Shown piece by piece: positions 54,930 to 55,076 of a stretch of DNA of 55,076 nucleotides. The notes below the pieces were generated by a model. It saw only the letters and a list, made by a program, of their open reading frames with translations. It did no database searches and was not told where the DNA came from. Position numbers and translations under genes: made by a program. The stretch is from an uncultured virus (IMG/VR IMGVR_UViG_3300042502_001806) (Duplodnaviria > Heunggongvirae > Uroviricota > Caudoviricetes). The stretch lies in the IMG/VR virus record IMGVR_UViG_3300042502_001806. The stretch is one strand, 5' to 3'. How positions within the stretch are numbered: position 1 is the stretch's first letter; every line of letters begins with the position of its first letter.

Positions 54930-55076
54930 TTATTTTCTAACTATAATCTTTTTAGTTGTATTATCAACTTGTAAAAAGTAGATACCATTATTTAATGTAG
55001 TAACATCTAAACTTAAAGTACCTAAAACTGTTTGAGTGCTAATTACTCTACCCACACCATCAATTAAAGTTACTTG
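54930..55076 (-). CDS. C-terminus of a T9SS type A sorting-domain protein (partial)
   Basis: Not in ORF track: ..LIDGVGRVI..LDVTTLNNGIYFLQVDNTTKKIIVRK*. Confidence 0.8.
   Translation of the reverse strand, partial: QVTLIDGVGRVISTQTVLGTLSLDVTTLNNGIYFLQVDNTTKKIIVRK

Noticed and set aside
1..55076. Stop-codon reassignment (TAG read as Gln) suggested by the CUA tRNA
   Set aside because: Conserved genes are intact in the standard code with no in-frame TAG and coding density is already near complete. Cannot be excluded for other genome regions.
1..55076. Ordinary bacterial chromosome
   Set aside because: No housekeeping operons; dnaK and nusG lack their usual neighbours; T4-type topoisomerase, Rnl1 and dense orphan ORFs point to a large phage.

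Overview
AT-rich, gene-dense segment best read as part of a jumbo/megaphage infecting a Bacteroidetes host. Phage evidence: T4-type two-subunit topoisomerase II, Rnl1 RNA ligase, 5'-3' exonuclease, dCMP deaminase, endolysin and many short orphan ORFs. Host evidence: repeated TAnnTTTG promoters, T9SS-cargo proteins, a TonB-dependent receptor and a Bacteroidetes-style DnaK. No full-length virion gene is identifiable, so the phage call is an inference. Signals the ORF track does not show: (1) a compact ~240-nt RNase P RNA with a strongly reduced S-domain; (2) an atypical CUA (amber) tRNA lacking CCA, in a window that also encodes a CCA enzyme, Rnl1, a 2H phosphoesterase and a HAD, i.e. a tRNA maturation/repair kit; (3) two mutually exclusive peptide tags on otherwise unrelated proteins, an N-terminal MKxLKx(F/Y)xE motif (~17 proteins, resembling the T4 capsid-targeting sequence) and a C-terminal R-x-x-K-(I/L)-x-x-(I/L)-(I/L) helix (~19 proteins); (4) two adjacent mini-proteins resembling fragments of a T4-like major capsid protein and portal, each fused to the C-terminal tag, plus a tag-only 13-aa ORF; (5) three promoter classes (TAnnTTTG, AAAC-N18-TATA, TAATAWATA) that track with gene class. 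All family assignments come from motif recognition by eye; no searches were run.
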